Below are positions 40,716-50,777 of a stretch of 64,000 nt of DNA, in pieces. How positions within the stretch are numbered: position 1 is the stretch's first letter; each line of letters starts with the position of its first letter. Both the position numbers and the translations under genes were made by a program. Below the pieces are notes generated by a model, which saw only the letters and a program-made list of their open reading frames with translations, did not search any database and was not told the origin of the DNA. Source of the DNA: an uncultured Lachnospiraceae bacterium (lineage in GTDB: Bacteria; Bacillota; Clostridia; Lachnospirales; Lachnospiraceae); contig CATNCF010000010.1 in the NCBI GenBank assembly GCA_950097145.1, forward strand, positions 536-64,535. The letters are read 5' to 3'.

Positions 40716-40834
40716 ATGTTATTTCTGTCTCAAACTGACCTTTCTGAATATCTTTAAATTGGCTATTTCAACAATGCCACATTTGTATTATACTCTTCAC
40801 GTTCCATGAAGTAAAGCAAATTTGGAGGTTCAAT

Positions 40835-41707
40835 ATGGAAGAACGATATACATTAAACAGGCAGCTTGCCCAAATGCAAAAAGGCGGCGTCATTATGGAT
40901 GTAACCACGCCGGAACAGGCAAAAATTGCAGAAGAGGCAGGAGCATGTGCCGTCATGGCTTTAGAACGCATTCCCGCTGATATCCGCGCTGCCGGAGGGG
41001 TTTCCAGAATGAGTGATCCCAAAATGATCCGGGGCATCCAGAACGCAGTCTCCATTCCGGTTATGGCAAAATGCCGGATCGGACATTTCGCGGAAGCACA
41101 GGTGTTAGAGGCAATTGAAATTGACTATATTGATGAAAGCGAAGTGCTCTCTCCGGCAGACGACGTGTACCATATCAATAAAAGAGACTTTAAAGTTCCT
41201 TTTGTATGCGGCGCCAGGGACTTAGGGGAAGCGCTGCGCAGGATTAACGAAGGCGCTTCTATGATCCGCACCAAAGGCGAACCCGGAACCGGAGATATTG
41301 TGCAGGCAGTCCGCCACATGCGCAGGATGAACAGCGCCATTTCCAGAGTAAAGGCTATGCGTGAAGATGAATTATTTGAGGAAGCAAAAAAACTGCAGGT
41401 TCCCTATGAACTGGTGTTATCTGTCCATAAAAACGGAAAGCTTCCTGTGGTAAACTTTGCCGCAGGCGGGATTGCCACTCCGGCAGACGCGGCGCTGATG
41501 ATGCAGTTAGGGGCGGAAGGCGTATTTGTGGGCTCTGGTATCTTCAAATCCGGAAATCCCCAAAAACGCGCCAATGCTATCGTAAAAGCAGTTACAAATT
41601 ATGCTGACGCCAGGATGATTGCAGAATTGTCCGAAGATCTTGGAGAAGCTATGGTGGGGATCAATGAACAGGAAATAAAGCTTCTTATGGCAGAAAGAGG
41701 CATCTGA
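40835..41707 (+). CDS. pdxS: PLP synthase lyase subunit
   Basis: [50 protein letters not shown]. Confidence 0.98.
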   Translation: MEERYTLNRQLAQMQKGGVIMDVTTPEQAKIAEEAGACAVMALERIPADIRAAGGVSRMSDPKMIRGIQNAVSIPVMAKCRIGHFAEAQVLEAIEIDYIDESEVLSPADDVYHINKRDFKVPFVCGARDLGEALRRINEGASMIRTKGEPGTGDIVQAVRHMRRMNSAISRVKAMREDELFEEAKKLQVPYELVLSVHKNGKLPVVNFAAGGIATPADAALMMQLGAEGVFVGSGIFKSGNPQKRANAIVKAVTNYADARMIAELSEDLGEAMVGINEQEIKLLMAERGI

Positions 41708-42270
41708 TGAAAATTGGAATACTAGCTGTCCAGGGAGCGTTTTTGGAACAGGAAGCCGTACTGGATCAATTAAATGTTCCCTGGAAAGAAATACGATGTG
41801 AAAAAGATTTAGAAGATCATTTTGACGGCCTGATTTTCCCTGGAGGAGAGAGCACTGTGCAGGGAAAACTTTTGAAAGAACTGCATTTATTTGATCCCCT
41901 TCTTACAATGATTCAGAATGATCTTCCTGTGCTTGCCACTTGTGCCGGCATGATCCTGCTTTCTGAAAAAATAGATGGAAAACCTTCTCCCTATTTCAAA
42001 ACCATTCCCATGGATGTAAAGCGGAACGCCTATGGCCGGCAGCTTGGCAGTTTCCATACAGCGGCAGAATACAAAGAGCTTGGCTGTGTGCCTATGACCT
42101 TTATCCGTGCTCCCTATGTCTCAAAGGCCGCAGACAGCGTTTCTATTTTGTCAGTGGTGGACAGTCATATTACAGCCGTACAGTACCGCAATCAGACTGC
42201 CCTTTCTTTCCATCCGGAGTTAGATCCGGATTTACGCATTCATCAGAAATTTTTAGATCTGTGTTCGTAA
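41707..42270 (+). CDS. pdxT: PLP synthase glutaminase subunit
   Basis: LAVQGAF, PGGEST, TCAGMI, RNAYGRQ, FIRAP, FHPEL. Confidence 0.97.
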   Translation: MKIGILAVQGAFLEQEAVLDQLNVPWKEIRCEKDLEDHFDGLIFPGGESTVQGKLLKELHLFDPLLTMIQNDLPVLATCAGMILLSEKIDGKPSPYFKTIPMDVKRNAYGRQLGSFHTAAEYKELGCVPMTFIRAPYVSKAADSVSILSVVDSHITAVQYRNQTALSFHPELDPDLRIHQKFLDLCS

Positions 42271-42291
42271 ATAGAAAAACTATCTATTAAT

Positions 42292-43092
42292 TTAATCTTC
42301 CCGCCTGCGCACCAGAACAATTTTGGTGATTCCATTGCTGGAATCATCTTTTCTGGTCTGCAGTTCCGGGAAAGATTCAATTAGTTTTCCAAACTTATGG
42401 AACCCATAATTCCGGCAGTCAAAATCTGAGTACAATTTCTGTATCATATTCCCCAGCTCTGACAAATACATCCATCCGTCCTCATCTGAATTTTCATCAA
42501 GCAGGGAAAATACCGTCTCTTTAATGGCACGCAGATTGGTAATAGGCTGCGCATCTTTGGGCTGTTCCCGGGGCAGGGCCCGTTCTGTGGGCACGCATCG
42601 GATCTCCTGCTTCCTGATTCTCTCCGGCATGTTCGCCTTTTGTTCCGGATGATGATTTTTATATAAAACGTCCAGTGTCTTAAACTGTTCACATGCCCTT
42701 ACAAAGGGTTTTGGCGTCTTGCTCTCTCCCATGCCGATGACCCGCTTGCCGGATTCTCTTAAGCGCATGGCAAGTTTGGTGAAATCACTGTCGGAAGATA
42801 CGATAATAAACCCGTCCACATCATTGGTATATAAAATGTCCATGGCATCAATAATCATGGCTGAATCGGAAGAATTCTTTCCCACGGTATAGCTGTACTG
42901 CTGGATAGGGGACAGGGAATTCTCCAAAAGGGAATCCTTCCAGGAATTCTTGGCGCTCGCCGTCCAGTCTCCGTAAATTCTGCGGATTGTAACATTTCCC
43001 AGTGTCTGGGCTTCTTTGGTGACAATTTCGATATATTTTGAAGACACATTTTCTGCGTCAATTAACAGGGCGTATTTATTTTCGTCTCTCAT
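42292..43092 (-). CDS. NYN (LabA/DUF88) domain protein with C-terminal OST-HTH/LOTUS domain
   Basis: LLIDAEN, RIYGDW, GKNSSD, SSDSDF acidic PIN-like motifs; FDCRNYGFHKF. Confidence 0.9.
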   Translation of the reverse strand: MRDENKYALLIDAENVSSKYIEIVTKEAQTLGNVTIRRIYGDWTASAKNSWKDSLLENSLSPIQQYSYTVGKNSSDSAMIIDAMDILYTNDVDGFIIVSSDSDFTKLAMRLRESGKRVIGMGESKTPKPFVRACEQFKTLDVLYKNHHPEQKANMPERIRKQEIRCVPTERALPREQPKDAQPITNLRAIKETVFSLLDENSDEDGWMYLSELGNMIQKLYSDFDCRNYGFHKFGKLIESFPELQTRKDDSSNGITKIVLVRRRED

Positions 43093-43148
43093 GTTCTGTT
43101 CCTTTCCCAATGTCTCAAATTCATAAATCAATTACGTACTGCACCCAG

Positions 43149-43233
43149 CATACAATTATCTGCTTGCTGTATACACAGCTTATACAGTAGATTTATTATA
43201 CCAATAAGCATTTTGGGTGTAAAGCCTTTATTC
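43149..43233 (-). promoter_or_regulatory. Third copy of the cassette IR/promoter/leader module, upstream of the NYN gene
   Basis: GGTGTAAAGCCTTTATTC (17/18 to cassette 1), TTTACA-N17-TATAAT, 43-nt leader ending AAGCAGATAATTGT-ATG. Confidence 0.75.
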
Positions 43234-43312
43234 AGATTAGATCACTAAAAATCCAAATCAGAAATGGAACCTTGTACATATCTAAAAAGCCGAAGTTCTT
43301 TCACGCCTGACT

Positions 43313-43342
43313 GCATAAAATCTCCCTCATCTCCACATAATA
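43313..43342 (+). promoter_or_regulatory. SigmaG-type (forespore) promoter
   Basis: GCATA-N18-CATAATA matches the GHATR-N18-CATWHTA consensus. Confidence 0.6.
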
Positions 43343-43357
43343 TACCGAGGTGATTTT

Positions 43358-43510
43358 ATGGCATCCTATGTAGCGCCTGCTCTGCGGGAAAAATTTGAAT
43401 CGTTATCTACAGAACTAAAGGATTGTATTCTGGAGCACAATGTACGCCTGAATACCCTCCAGGATTTAATCCAGGTTCTGGAAAAAATCGTGGCAGAGGG
43501 CGAGGAATAA
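43358..43510 (+). CDS. 50-aa small acidic protein, probably forespore-expressed (below ORF-track cutoff)
   Basis: MASYVAPALREKFESLSTELKDCILEHNVRLNTLQDLIQVLEKIVAEGEE; GAGGTGA RBS. Confidence 0.7.
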   Translation: MASYVAPALREKFESLSTELKDCILEHNVRLNTLQDLIQVLEKIVAEGEE

Positions 43511-43658
43511 TCCTCTCTCTGCCGTTACATAACGGCCATATCTCCGAATTAGACAAAAGCCGCACAAATTTTTATCTGTCTGATAGAAAAATCCTGGAAA
43601 TATCTTGCAAAATTTCTCTTCTTCCTATATATTATGTATATTGAAAGGAGAGATGCAT

Positions 43659-44936
43659 TTGGACTCGAGCGAGGTCATACAATTACTATTTGTTATCATT
43701 CTACTATTATTATCTGCCTTTTTTTCCTCTGCGGAGACTGCATTGACCACCTCCAATAAGATCCGCCTGAAAAATCTTGCGGATGAGGGAAATAAGCGGG
43801 CACAGCGGGCGCTGGAAATCACCAACGACTCTGGCAAGATGCTGAGCGCCATTCTAATTGGCAACAATATTGTTAATTTATCAGCTTCCTCCATTGCAAC
43901 GGCCCTTGCCATTCAAATTTTTGGAAACGCCGGCGCTGGAATTGCAACAGGAATCCTTACAGTCCTGGTCCTTATTTTTGGTGAAATTTCACCCAAGACC
44001 TATGCCACCATTCACGCAGACAATATTTCCCTTGCTTATTCAGGGATTATTCTGGGGCTTATGAAAATTCTGACTCCCGTAATTTTTATTATCAATAAAT
44101 TGTCTATGGGATTTTTAATGCTGCTGCGGGTCAATGTCTCCAGTGAACATGGAACACTTACAGAAGCAGAACTAAGGACCATTGTGAATGTGAGCCATCA
44201 GGAAGGGGTTATTGAGCCAGAAGAACACGCAATGATTAACAATGTTTTCGATTTCGGTGATTCCCAGGCAAAAGAAATCATGGTTCCCAGAATTGATATG
44301 ACATTTGCCGATATTAACAGCAGCTACAATGAGCTGATTGAGCTATTCCGGCAGGATAAATTCACACGCCTTCCCATTTACGAGGATTCCATTGACAATG
44401 TCATCGGCACCATTAATATGAAAGACCTGCTTTTATACGAAGCCAGCAAGGACAGCTTTTCTGTGCGGGACATTCTGCGCAAGCCCTACTACACCTATGA
44501 ACACAAGAAAACCGTAGAGCTTTTAATTGAAATGAAGCAGTCTTCGTTCAACATTGCCATCGTCCTTGATGAATACGGCGTCACAGCGGGACTTATTACA
44601 CTGGAAGATATTTTAGAAGAAATCGTAGGAGAAATCCGCGACGAATACGATATAGACGAAGAAGATCCTATCCAGAAACTAAACGACCGGGAATATATGG
44701 TACAAGGTTCTATGAATCTGGAAGATCTGTGCAATAAATTAAACTTAAAACTTTCTTCAGAAGATTACGACACCGTAGGCGGTTACATGATTGAATTTCT
44801 GGATCACCTGCCGCAAAAAGGAGAATCCGTCACCACGCCCGAACATGTTTTTCTCCGTGTAGAAGATACCGACAAAAATCGTATCAACAAACTGTTTTTA
44901 CGACTGCCGGCTGACAACTCCAAAGAAAACTCGTAA
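43659..44936 (+). CDS. HlyC/CorC (CNNM-CBS-CorC) family transporter
   Basis: SAFFSSAETA, ILIGNN, FGEISPK, MVPR, DEYG, TLEDILEEIVGEI; TTG start chosen on RBS spacing. Confidence 0.92.
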   Translation: MDSSEVIQLLFVIILLLLSAFFSSAETALTTSNKIRLKNLADEGNKRAQRALEITNDSGKMLSAILIGNNIVNLSASSIATALAIQIFGNAGAGIATGILTVLVLIFGEISPKTYATIHADNISLAYSGIILGLMKILTPVIFIINKLSMGFLMLLRVNVSSEHGTLTEAELRTIVNVSHQEGVIEPEEHAMINNVFDFGDSQAKEIMVPRIDMTFADINSSYNELIELFRQDKFTRLPIYEDSIDNVIGTINMKDLLLYEASKDSFSVRDILRKPYYTYEHKKTVELLIEMKQSSFNIAIVLDEYGVTAGLITLEDILEEIVGEIRDEYDIDEEDPIQKLNDREYMVQGSMNLEDLCNKLNLKLSSEDYDTVGGYMIEFLDHLPQKGESVTTPEHVFLRVEDTDKNRINKLFLRLPADNSKENS

Positions 44937-45022
44937 TAAAAAGCGCCCCTGGATCTGCTGTGTCAGATTCAGGGTCTATTCATTTGTATTTTTCCAGCTC
45001 TTCAATATGGCAGCCGGTGGTG

Positions 45023-45186
45023 ATATTACTAAGGCGGTTAAATGTCGAATGAATTTTACGCAGAATAAATTTCTATCTGCAAGGCGGAAGATTGAGCTGT
45101 AGCGAGTGCTACAGCGATTGATGACAACGCAGCAGATAAAAATATAGACAAGTAAAAACATCGACATTTAACCGCCTTAGTAATAT
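45023..45186. mobile_element. 164-bp MITE/REP-like element with a perfect 26-bp terminal inverted repeat
   Basis: ATATTACTAAGGCGGTTAAATGTCGA ... TCGACATTTAACCGCCTTAGTAATAT; internal GCTGTAGC-gagt-GCTACAGC hairpin. Confidence 0.7.
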
Positions 45187-45227
45187 AATCAGATAAAATG
45201 CTGTGATGTTTAGCCGCTGGAGGAATA

Positions 45228-45917
45228 TTACAATCTTATCGTAACAGGGAGATCCAGCCTCATTTCTTCCGGCGTCACCTGACAGTCATAAGCCAGCACT
45301 TTTACCCCCTCTCTGCACGCTTCCCGCAGCGCCTCTCCGAACTGTGGATGCGTCCGGTCATTAGGTTCAAAATGCCGGATGCCTTTCATCTGGATCACAA
45401 ATAAAATGCAGGCTTCGTACCCTTCTGCCACAGCCCTTTGAAGTTCCCGTATATGGCGGATCCCCCGCTCTGTGGGAGCGTCAGGAAAACGTGCAATGCC
45501 TTCTTCTTCCAATGTAACGCCTTTCACTTCAAGAAAAATCCTTCGCCCACATTCTGCCTCCACATAAAAATCAATCCTGGATTCTCCATATCTGCACTCT
45601 GGCTTTACATATGTAACATTGGAAAACAACTGATTGCCGCCGTCTTTGAGCCACTCTGAAACTGCACGGTTTGGCGCCTGGGAATCCATATTAATGATTC
45701 TGTCTCCCTTCCTGACAGACACCAGATCATACGCCGTCTTCCGATTGGGATTGGAACTTTTGTCCAGCCAGACTTCCGTCCCCGGCTGCAGCAATTCCCG
45801 GCATCTGCCCGTATTTTTCACATGGCATGTTTCTATCCGTCCGTCCATCTCCACCAAAGCTGTAAAACGATTGGGACGCTCCAGAAAATTTCCTTTCTCT
45901 ATATGCAAATATTTCAT
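45228..45917 (-). CDS. sfsA: Sugar fermentation stimulation protein SfsA (PD-(D/E)xK nuclease fold)
   Basis: RPNRF, HVKNTGR, SRIDF, EVKGVTL, FPDAPTERG-RH. Confidence 0.95.
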   Translation of the reverse strand: MKYLHIEKGNFLERPNRFTALVEMDGRIETCHVKNTGRCRELLQPGTEVWLDKSSNPNRKTAYDLVSVRKGDRIINMDSQAPNRAVSEWLKDGGNQLFSNVTYVKPECRYGESRIDFYVEAECGRRIFLEVKGVTLEEEGIARFPDAPTERGIRHIRELQRAVAEGYEACILFVIQMKGIRHFEPNDRTHPQFGEALREACREGVKVLAYDCQVTPEEMRLDLPVTIRL

Positions 45918-45927
45918 TTCCTTACAC

Positions 45928-46102
45928 GTAACAGTTCAGCCATGGTCAGCATGATGGGTGAATCATGCTGGCATGAATGAGCACATCGTGCTGACCAGGA
46001 GCAGAATGCCCCTTAAGCCTCAGACAGAAGCTGCAAAGCAGCGGATAGCCTGTTTTACAGGCGGTCTGTGGCTTGTTTGAGGGACATGGGCTGAACTGTT
46101 AC
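45928..46102. mobile_element. 175-bp MITE with 14-bp TIRs and an 8-bp target site duplication
   Basis: GTAACAGTTCAGCC ... GGCTGAACTGTTAC flanked by CCTTACAC at 45920-45927 and 46103-46110. Confidence 0.88.
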
Positions 46103-46329
46103 CCTTACACCGTCCTTTTCAAATTTTTCCATTGTAAATATCACAAAAATATTGTATCATAATATTTAAACCTTGACACCCCCACTACAAGGATTTATAA
46201 AAATGTAAGAGTGAGTGGAAAAACCGTGAAATTATGTTCTGGATGGCTCAAATCAAAAGAGGTGATGACTTTAAATAATGTAATTAAATATCAAGATGCT
46301 AAAGCATGAATGCCAAGGAGGAATGAAAT

Positions 46330-48204
46330 ATGAAAAGAGTGATAACTTTTATAGTTACCTTATGTCTATGTTTGCAGCCCAATTTTACAGTATTTGCACA
46401 AACAGCGCAGACAGCAGTCAGCCAGGATGATGGCGAAGAATCCATCGGCGATTGGGAATTTAAAGTAAATGATGGCAGTGAAACAGTTACAATTACAAAA
46501 TACGTTGGAAAGGGTTCCAAAGTCAGCGTTCCAAGCTCCATCAATGGAAAAAAAGTAGTTTCCATTGGGGATTCGGCGCTTTCTTGGTGTAACACAATTA
46601 CCAGCGTACAAGTCCCAGACAGTGTGGTACACATTGGAAAATCGGCATTCTCCCAATGTGTAAAACTAGAAAACGTGACGCTTCCGTCTGGCATCCAGAA
46701 GATTGAAGATTACACCTTTTACAGTTCTGGAAAACTGGCGAGCATCAACATCCCGTCCAGTGTGGCAAGCATCGGGGATTATGCATTTTCTGAGTGTTTC
46801 GGCCTTACCCATGTCAACATCCCGTCCGGCTTGACAAGTATCGGGGACTATGCATTTTCTGAATGTGAAATGTTGACAGAACTGGAACTGCCATCTGGCG
46901 TTCAGAGAATTGGAAGATCTGCATTTTCCTCATGCTGGCGCCTGGAAAAAATAAACATTCCATCTGGCATCAAAAAGATAGAAAATTCTCTGCTGCATGG
47001 CTGCGGCAAATTGAAAAGTATTACAATCCCATCCGGGGTGACCAGTATCGAAAGCGAAGCATTTTCCGGCTGCAAACGCCTGAAAAGCATTACCATTCCA
47101 TCGGGAGTGACAAGTATCGGAGACGGTGCGTTTTCCGGCTGTGGGAATATCACAGAACTTAAACTCCCATCGGAAATTACCAAGATTGGAAACAGTACAT
47201 TTTCTGGCTGCACTAAATTGAAGAGCCTTAACATTCCATCCGGAGTGAAGGCGATTGGGAATTATGCCTTTTCTAGCTGTAACAGCCTGAAAAGCATTTC
47301 CATCCCATCTGGTATTACAAAAATTGAGTATTGTACATTTGCTGGCTGTAAGGAATTAAAAAATATTAAAATTCCAGAAAGCGTGGAAGAGATTGGCTGG
47401 GAAGCATTTTATGGATGCAGCGGTATTACAAAGATCAATATCCCCGCAAATGTTAAGAGTATTGGAAAGGAGGCATTTGCAGCCTGCGGCAGTCTGAAAG
47501 AAATTAATGTATCTGGTAAAAATAAGTTGTATGACAGCCGGAAAAACTGCAATGCAATTATTGAGAAAAAGACAGATAAATTAATTGCAGGATGTAAGAA
47601 GACAAAAATCCCATCCAATGTAAAAAGTATTGGCCCTTCCGCGTTTTCAGGAAGTATCGGTTTGACAAGCATTAAGATTCCAAATAGTGTCAAAACCATT
47701 GGCCCCTCTGCTTTTAATGGCTGCAGCAGTTTGAAAAGCATTTCCATCCCTTCCAAAGTAACAAAAATCGAAACCAGTACTTTTTCTGGCTGCAAAAACC
47801 TGAAAGACATTAATCTGCCAGCAGGCCTCAAAAATATCAAAGCCTTTGCGTTTAATAACTGTAAAAAATTGAAAAGCATTACAATCCCCTCCAAGGTTAC
47901 AAACATTGGAAATAGCGTATTCGAGGGCTGCAGCAGTATCAAATCTATCACGCTTCCTTCCAAGGTAACAAGAATTGAAGAATGCACCTTCAAAGATTGT
48001 AAGAAATTAAAGACGATCACAATTAAGTCTAAGAAATTAAAATATACTGGGGCTTCTTCCGTATATGGAATTGTGAAAAATGCCAAAATTAGAGTTCCAA
48101 AAGGAAAAGCGAAAGCTTATAAGAAACTGTTCGTAAATTCCCGTGATTGGGAAGGGATAACAACTGGTTATGAGAGTACTATGAACTTTGTGGAATTCAA
48201 GTAA
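46330..48204 (+). CDS. Secreted BspA-type (LRR_5) leucine-rich repeat protein
   Basis: Signal peptide; many 23-aa L-SI-IPS-V-SIG--AF-GC repeats; AAGGAGG RBS. Confidence 0.92.
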   Translation: MKRVITFIVTLCLCLQPNFTVFAQTAQTAVSQDDGEESIGDWEFKVNDGSETVTITKYVGKGSKVSVPSSINGKKVVSIGDSALSWCNTITSVQVPDSVVHIGKSAFSQCVKLENVTLPSGIQKIEDYTFYSSGKLASINIPSSVASIGDYAFSECFGLTHVNIPSGLTSIGDYAFSECEMLTELELPSGVQRIGRSAFSSCWRLEKINIPSGIKKIENSLLHGCGKLKSITIPSGVTSIESEAFSGCKRLKSITIPSGVTSIGDGAFSGCGNITELKLPSEITKIGNSTFSGCTKLKSLNIPSGVKAIGNYAFSSCNSLKSISIPSGITKIEYCTFAGCKELKNIKIPESVEEIGWEAFYGCSGITKINIPANVKSIGKEAFAACGSLKEINVSGKNKLYDSRKNCNAIIEKKTDKLIAGCKKTKIPSNVKSIGPSAFSGSIGLTSIKIPNSVKTIGPSAFNGCSSLKSISIPSKVTKIETSTFSGCKNLKDINLPAGLKNIKAFAFNNCKKLKSITIPSKVTNIGNSVFEGCSSIKSITLPSKVTRIEECTFKDCKKLKTITIKSKKLKYTGASSVYGIVKNAKIRVPKGKAKAYKKLFVNSRDWEGITTGYESTMNFVEFK

Positions 48205-48291
48205 ATCCATAGATGGATATCCTGTTTTGCGGCATATACAAAACAGGGGAACCCAGTATATATGATGTATTCCGTATATAAGAATATAACT

Positions 48292-48317
48292 AGGGACGCT
48301 TTAAAAAGCGTCCCTTT
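48292..48317. terminator. Terminator between the LRR gene and glgP
   Basis: AGGGACGCTTT-aa-AAAGCGTCCCT stem. Confidence 0.75.
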
Positions 48318-48322
48318 GTCTC

Positions 48323-50584
48323 TTATGATAATCTCCAGATATCTTTATTATACTCTGCAATGGTTCTGTCGGAAGAGAAAAATCCTGCCTTAGCCGTGTT
48401 CACAAGCATTTTTCTCGCCCATGCCGTCCGATCTTGATAATCTTTATAACATTCTTCTCTCTTTGCCGCATAATCCTTATAATCCAACAATGTCATAAAC
48501 CAGTCTTTATTGAGAAGTTCCTTGTAAAGCCGTTCCAGATTTTCTTTCTGGCCCACCTTCAGAACAGTATCACTCACAATAAAATCCACTGCTTCTTTGA
48601 TGTCTTCGTCTTTTTCATAATAATCCTTGGAAACATAATCTGCTTTCTCGTAGTGCTCAATTACAGTATCCGAACTTTCACCGAAAATATAAATATTCTC
48701 CTTTCCGACTAAATCTGCAATCTCCACATTTGCCCCATCCATGGTTCCAAGGGTTACTGCGCCATTCAGCATAAACTTCATATTTCCAGTTCCAGAAGCC
48801 TCTTTGCTGGCCAGGGATATCTGCTGGGAAATATCACATGCCGGAATCAGTTTTTCTGCCTTGGTTACATTGTAGTTTTCCACCATAACCACTTTCAAAT
48901 AGGGACTTACCTCTGGATCTTTATTAATGATTTCCTGGAGACAGAGAATCAGATGGATAATATCTTTGGCAATCACGTACGCGGGAGCTGCCTTAGCCCC
49001 AAAAATGACCGTAATGGGAGTTTCAGGCTTTTTGCCTTTTTTGATCTCCAGATATTTATGAATTACATAAAGCGCATTCATCTGCTGGCGTTTATACTCA
49101 TGAAGACGCTTAATTTGAATGTCAAAAATAGAATTTTCATCAATTTCCACACTCTGTGTCTCTTTCAGATATGCAGCAAGAGTTCTCTTATTTTCTTTCT
49201 TTATATCCAAAAGCTTCTCCAGAACTTTTGCATCATCAGAAAAAGCAAGAAGCTTTTCTAACTCATCTGCATCCTTGTGCCAGCCAGTTCCGATAAGTTC
49301 ATCCAGATAATGGCTCAGACCCTTGTTACAGTGCATCAGCCAACGGCGGAATGTGATTCCATTTGTCTTGTTATTGAATTTTTCTGGATAAATTTTATAA
49401 AAATTATTCAGCTCATTTTTCTTTAAAATCTCTGTGTGCAGATAAGCCACCCCGTTCACACTATATCCATAATGGATATCCATATGCGCCATATGCACAC
49501 GGCCTGTTTCATCAATAATTGCCACAGATTTATCTGCAAAATTGTCTTTTACCATAGTATCTAGTTCACGGATAATGGGCATTAACTGAGGTACTGCCTT
49601 GTTCAGATAATCCATTGGCCATTTTTCCAGCGCTTCTGCCAGAATGGTATGGTTGGTGTACGCACAGGTTTTGGACACGATATCAATGGCATCTTTCATG
49701 CGGATTCCCCGCTCCATCAGTAAGCGGATCAATTCCGGAATTACCATACTGGGATGTGTATCATTAATCTGAATTGACGCATATTCCGGTAAATCATACA
49801 GATTACACCCTTTTGCCTGGCATTCGTCCAGAATCAGCCTTGCCCCGTTGCTCACCATAAAATACTGCTGGTACACACGCAGCAGCCTCCCTGCCTCGTC
49901 CGAGTCATCCGGGTATAGGAACAAGGTAAGGTTTTTACAAATATCTTCTTTGTTAAAATTAATCCCTTCCCCTACCAGCGCTTCATCCACAGTCTCTATA
50001 TCAAATAAGTGAAGCTTGTTGGTACGGTTGTCATATCCAGTCACATCTAAATCATACATTCTGGACTGAACGGTAAATCCTCCAAACTGAATCGGATACG
50101 AAACATCTGTTCTGGTAAGCCAGCTCTCCTTCTCTATCCAAGGATTCTTATTTTCCTTCTGCATATGTTTTTCAAATGTCTGCAGAAACAGTCCAAAGTG
50201 ATAATTCAGCCCGATGCCGTCTCCATTTAATCCCAAAGACGCCATAGAGTCCAAAAAACATGCTGCAAGCCGTCCCAAACCGCCATTTCCCAGGGAAGGT
50301 TCCGGTTCTATCTGCTCAATAAGATTAATATCCTTGCCATACTGTTTCAGCATGTCTGCCACTTCATCATAAATCCCCAAGTTAATCAAGTTATTTGACA
50401 ACAGTTTTCCAATGAGAAATTCTGCTGAAATATAATAAATTTTCTTCTTTCCTTTACTGCTTTCTTTTTCCTTTGCAAGCTCTTTTACAAGTCCCATAAG
50501 TCCATAATAAATTTCTTCATCTGTGCAGGCTGAAATATTATTACAGCATTTCTTTTCTAATAATTCTCTCACATTCACACTCAT
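48323..50584 (-). CDS. glgP: Glycogen/maltodextrin phosphorylase
   Basis: [40 protein letters not shown] (PLP Lys). Confidence 0.96.
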   Translation of the reverse strand: MSVNVRELLEKKCCNNISACTDEEIYYGLMGLVKELAKEKESSKGKKKIYYISAEFLIGKLLSNNLINLGIYDEVADMLKQYGKDINLIEQIEPEPSLGNGGLGRLAACFLDSMASLGLNGDGIGLNYHFGLFLQTFEKHMQKENKNPWIEKESWLTRTDVSYPIQFGGFTVQSRMYDLDVTGYDNRTNKLHLFDIETVDEALVGEGINFNKEDICKNLTLFLYPDDSDEAGRLLRVYQQYFMVSNGARLILDECQAKGCNLYDLPEYASIQINDTHPSMVIPELIRLLMERGIRMKDAIDIVSKTCAYTNHTILAEALEKWPMDYLNKAVPQLMPIIRELDTMVKDNFADKSVAIIDETGRVHMAHMDIHYGYSVNGVAYLHTEILKKNELNNFYKIYPEKFNNKTNGITFRRWLMHCNKGLSHYLDELIGTGWHKDADELEKLLAFSDDAKVLEKLLDIKKENKRTLAAYLKETQSVEIDENSIFDIQIKRLHEYKRQQMNALYVIHKYLEIKKGKKPETPITVIFGAKAAPAYVIAKDIIHLILCLQEIINKDPEVSPYLKVVMVENYNVTKAEKLIPACDISQQISLASKEASGTGNMKFMLNGAVTLGTMDGANVEIADLVGKENIYIFGESSDTVIEHYEKADYVSKDYYEKDEDIKEAVDFIVSDTVLKVGQKENLERLYKELLNKDWFMTLLDYKDYAAKREECYKDYQDRTAWARKMLVNTAKAGFFSSDRTIAEYNKDIWRLS

Positions 50585-50777
50585 TTCTGTTCTCCTTTTT
50601 ATTCTAAGCGTTCCCTTTTTTCTCATTGCTTATTCCCGGAGTTTACTGTTATCCAGGCTGTTATACATTGATTTTTGCTTACAAGAAAATTATATCTGGT
50701 TTTTCCATTTTTTTCTTGCTGTATGATAGCAAAATATAGTACAATACTATCAAAATAATAAAAAGGACGTCTTTCTT

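Noticed and set aside
40716-40834. PdxR operator repeats (AAACTGACC / AAATTGGCT)
   Set aside because: Plausible but too degenerate to call by eye.
46110-46329. c-di-GMP riboswitch upstream of the LRR surface protein
   Set aside because: No recognisable GEMM motif elements.
46560-48020. Periodic ~69-bp DNA repeats
   Set aside because: Fully explained by the 23-aa LRR_5 protein repeats; degenerate at synonymous positions.
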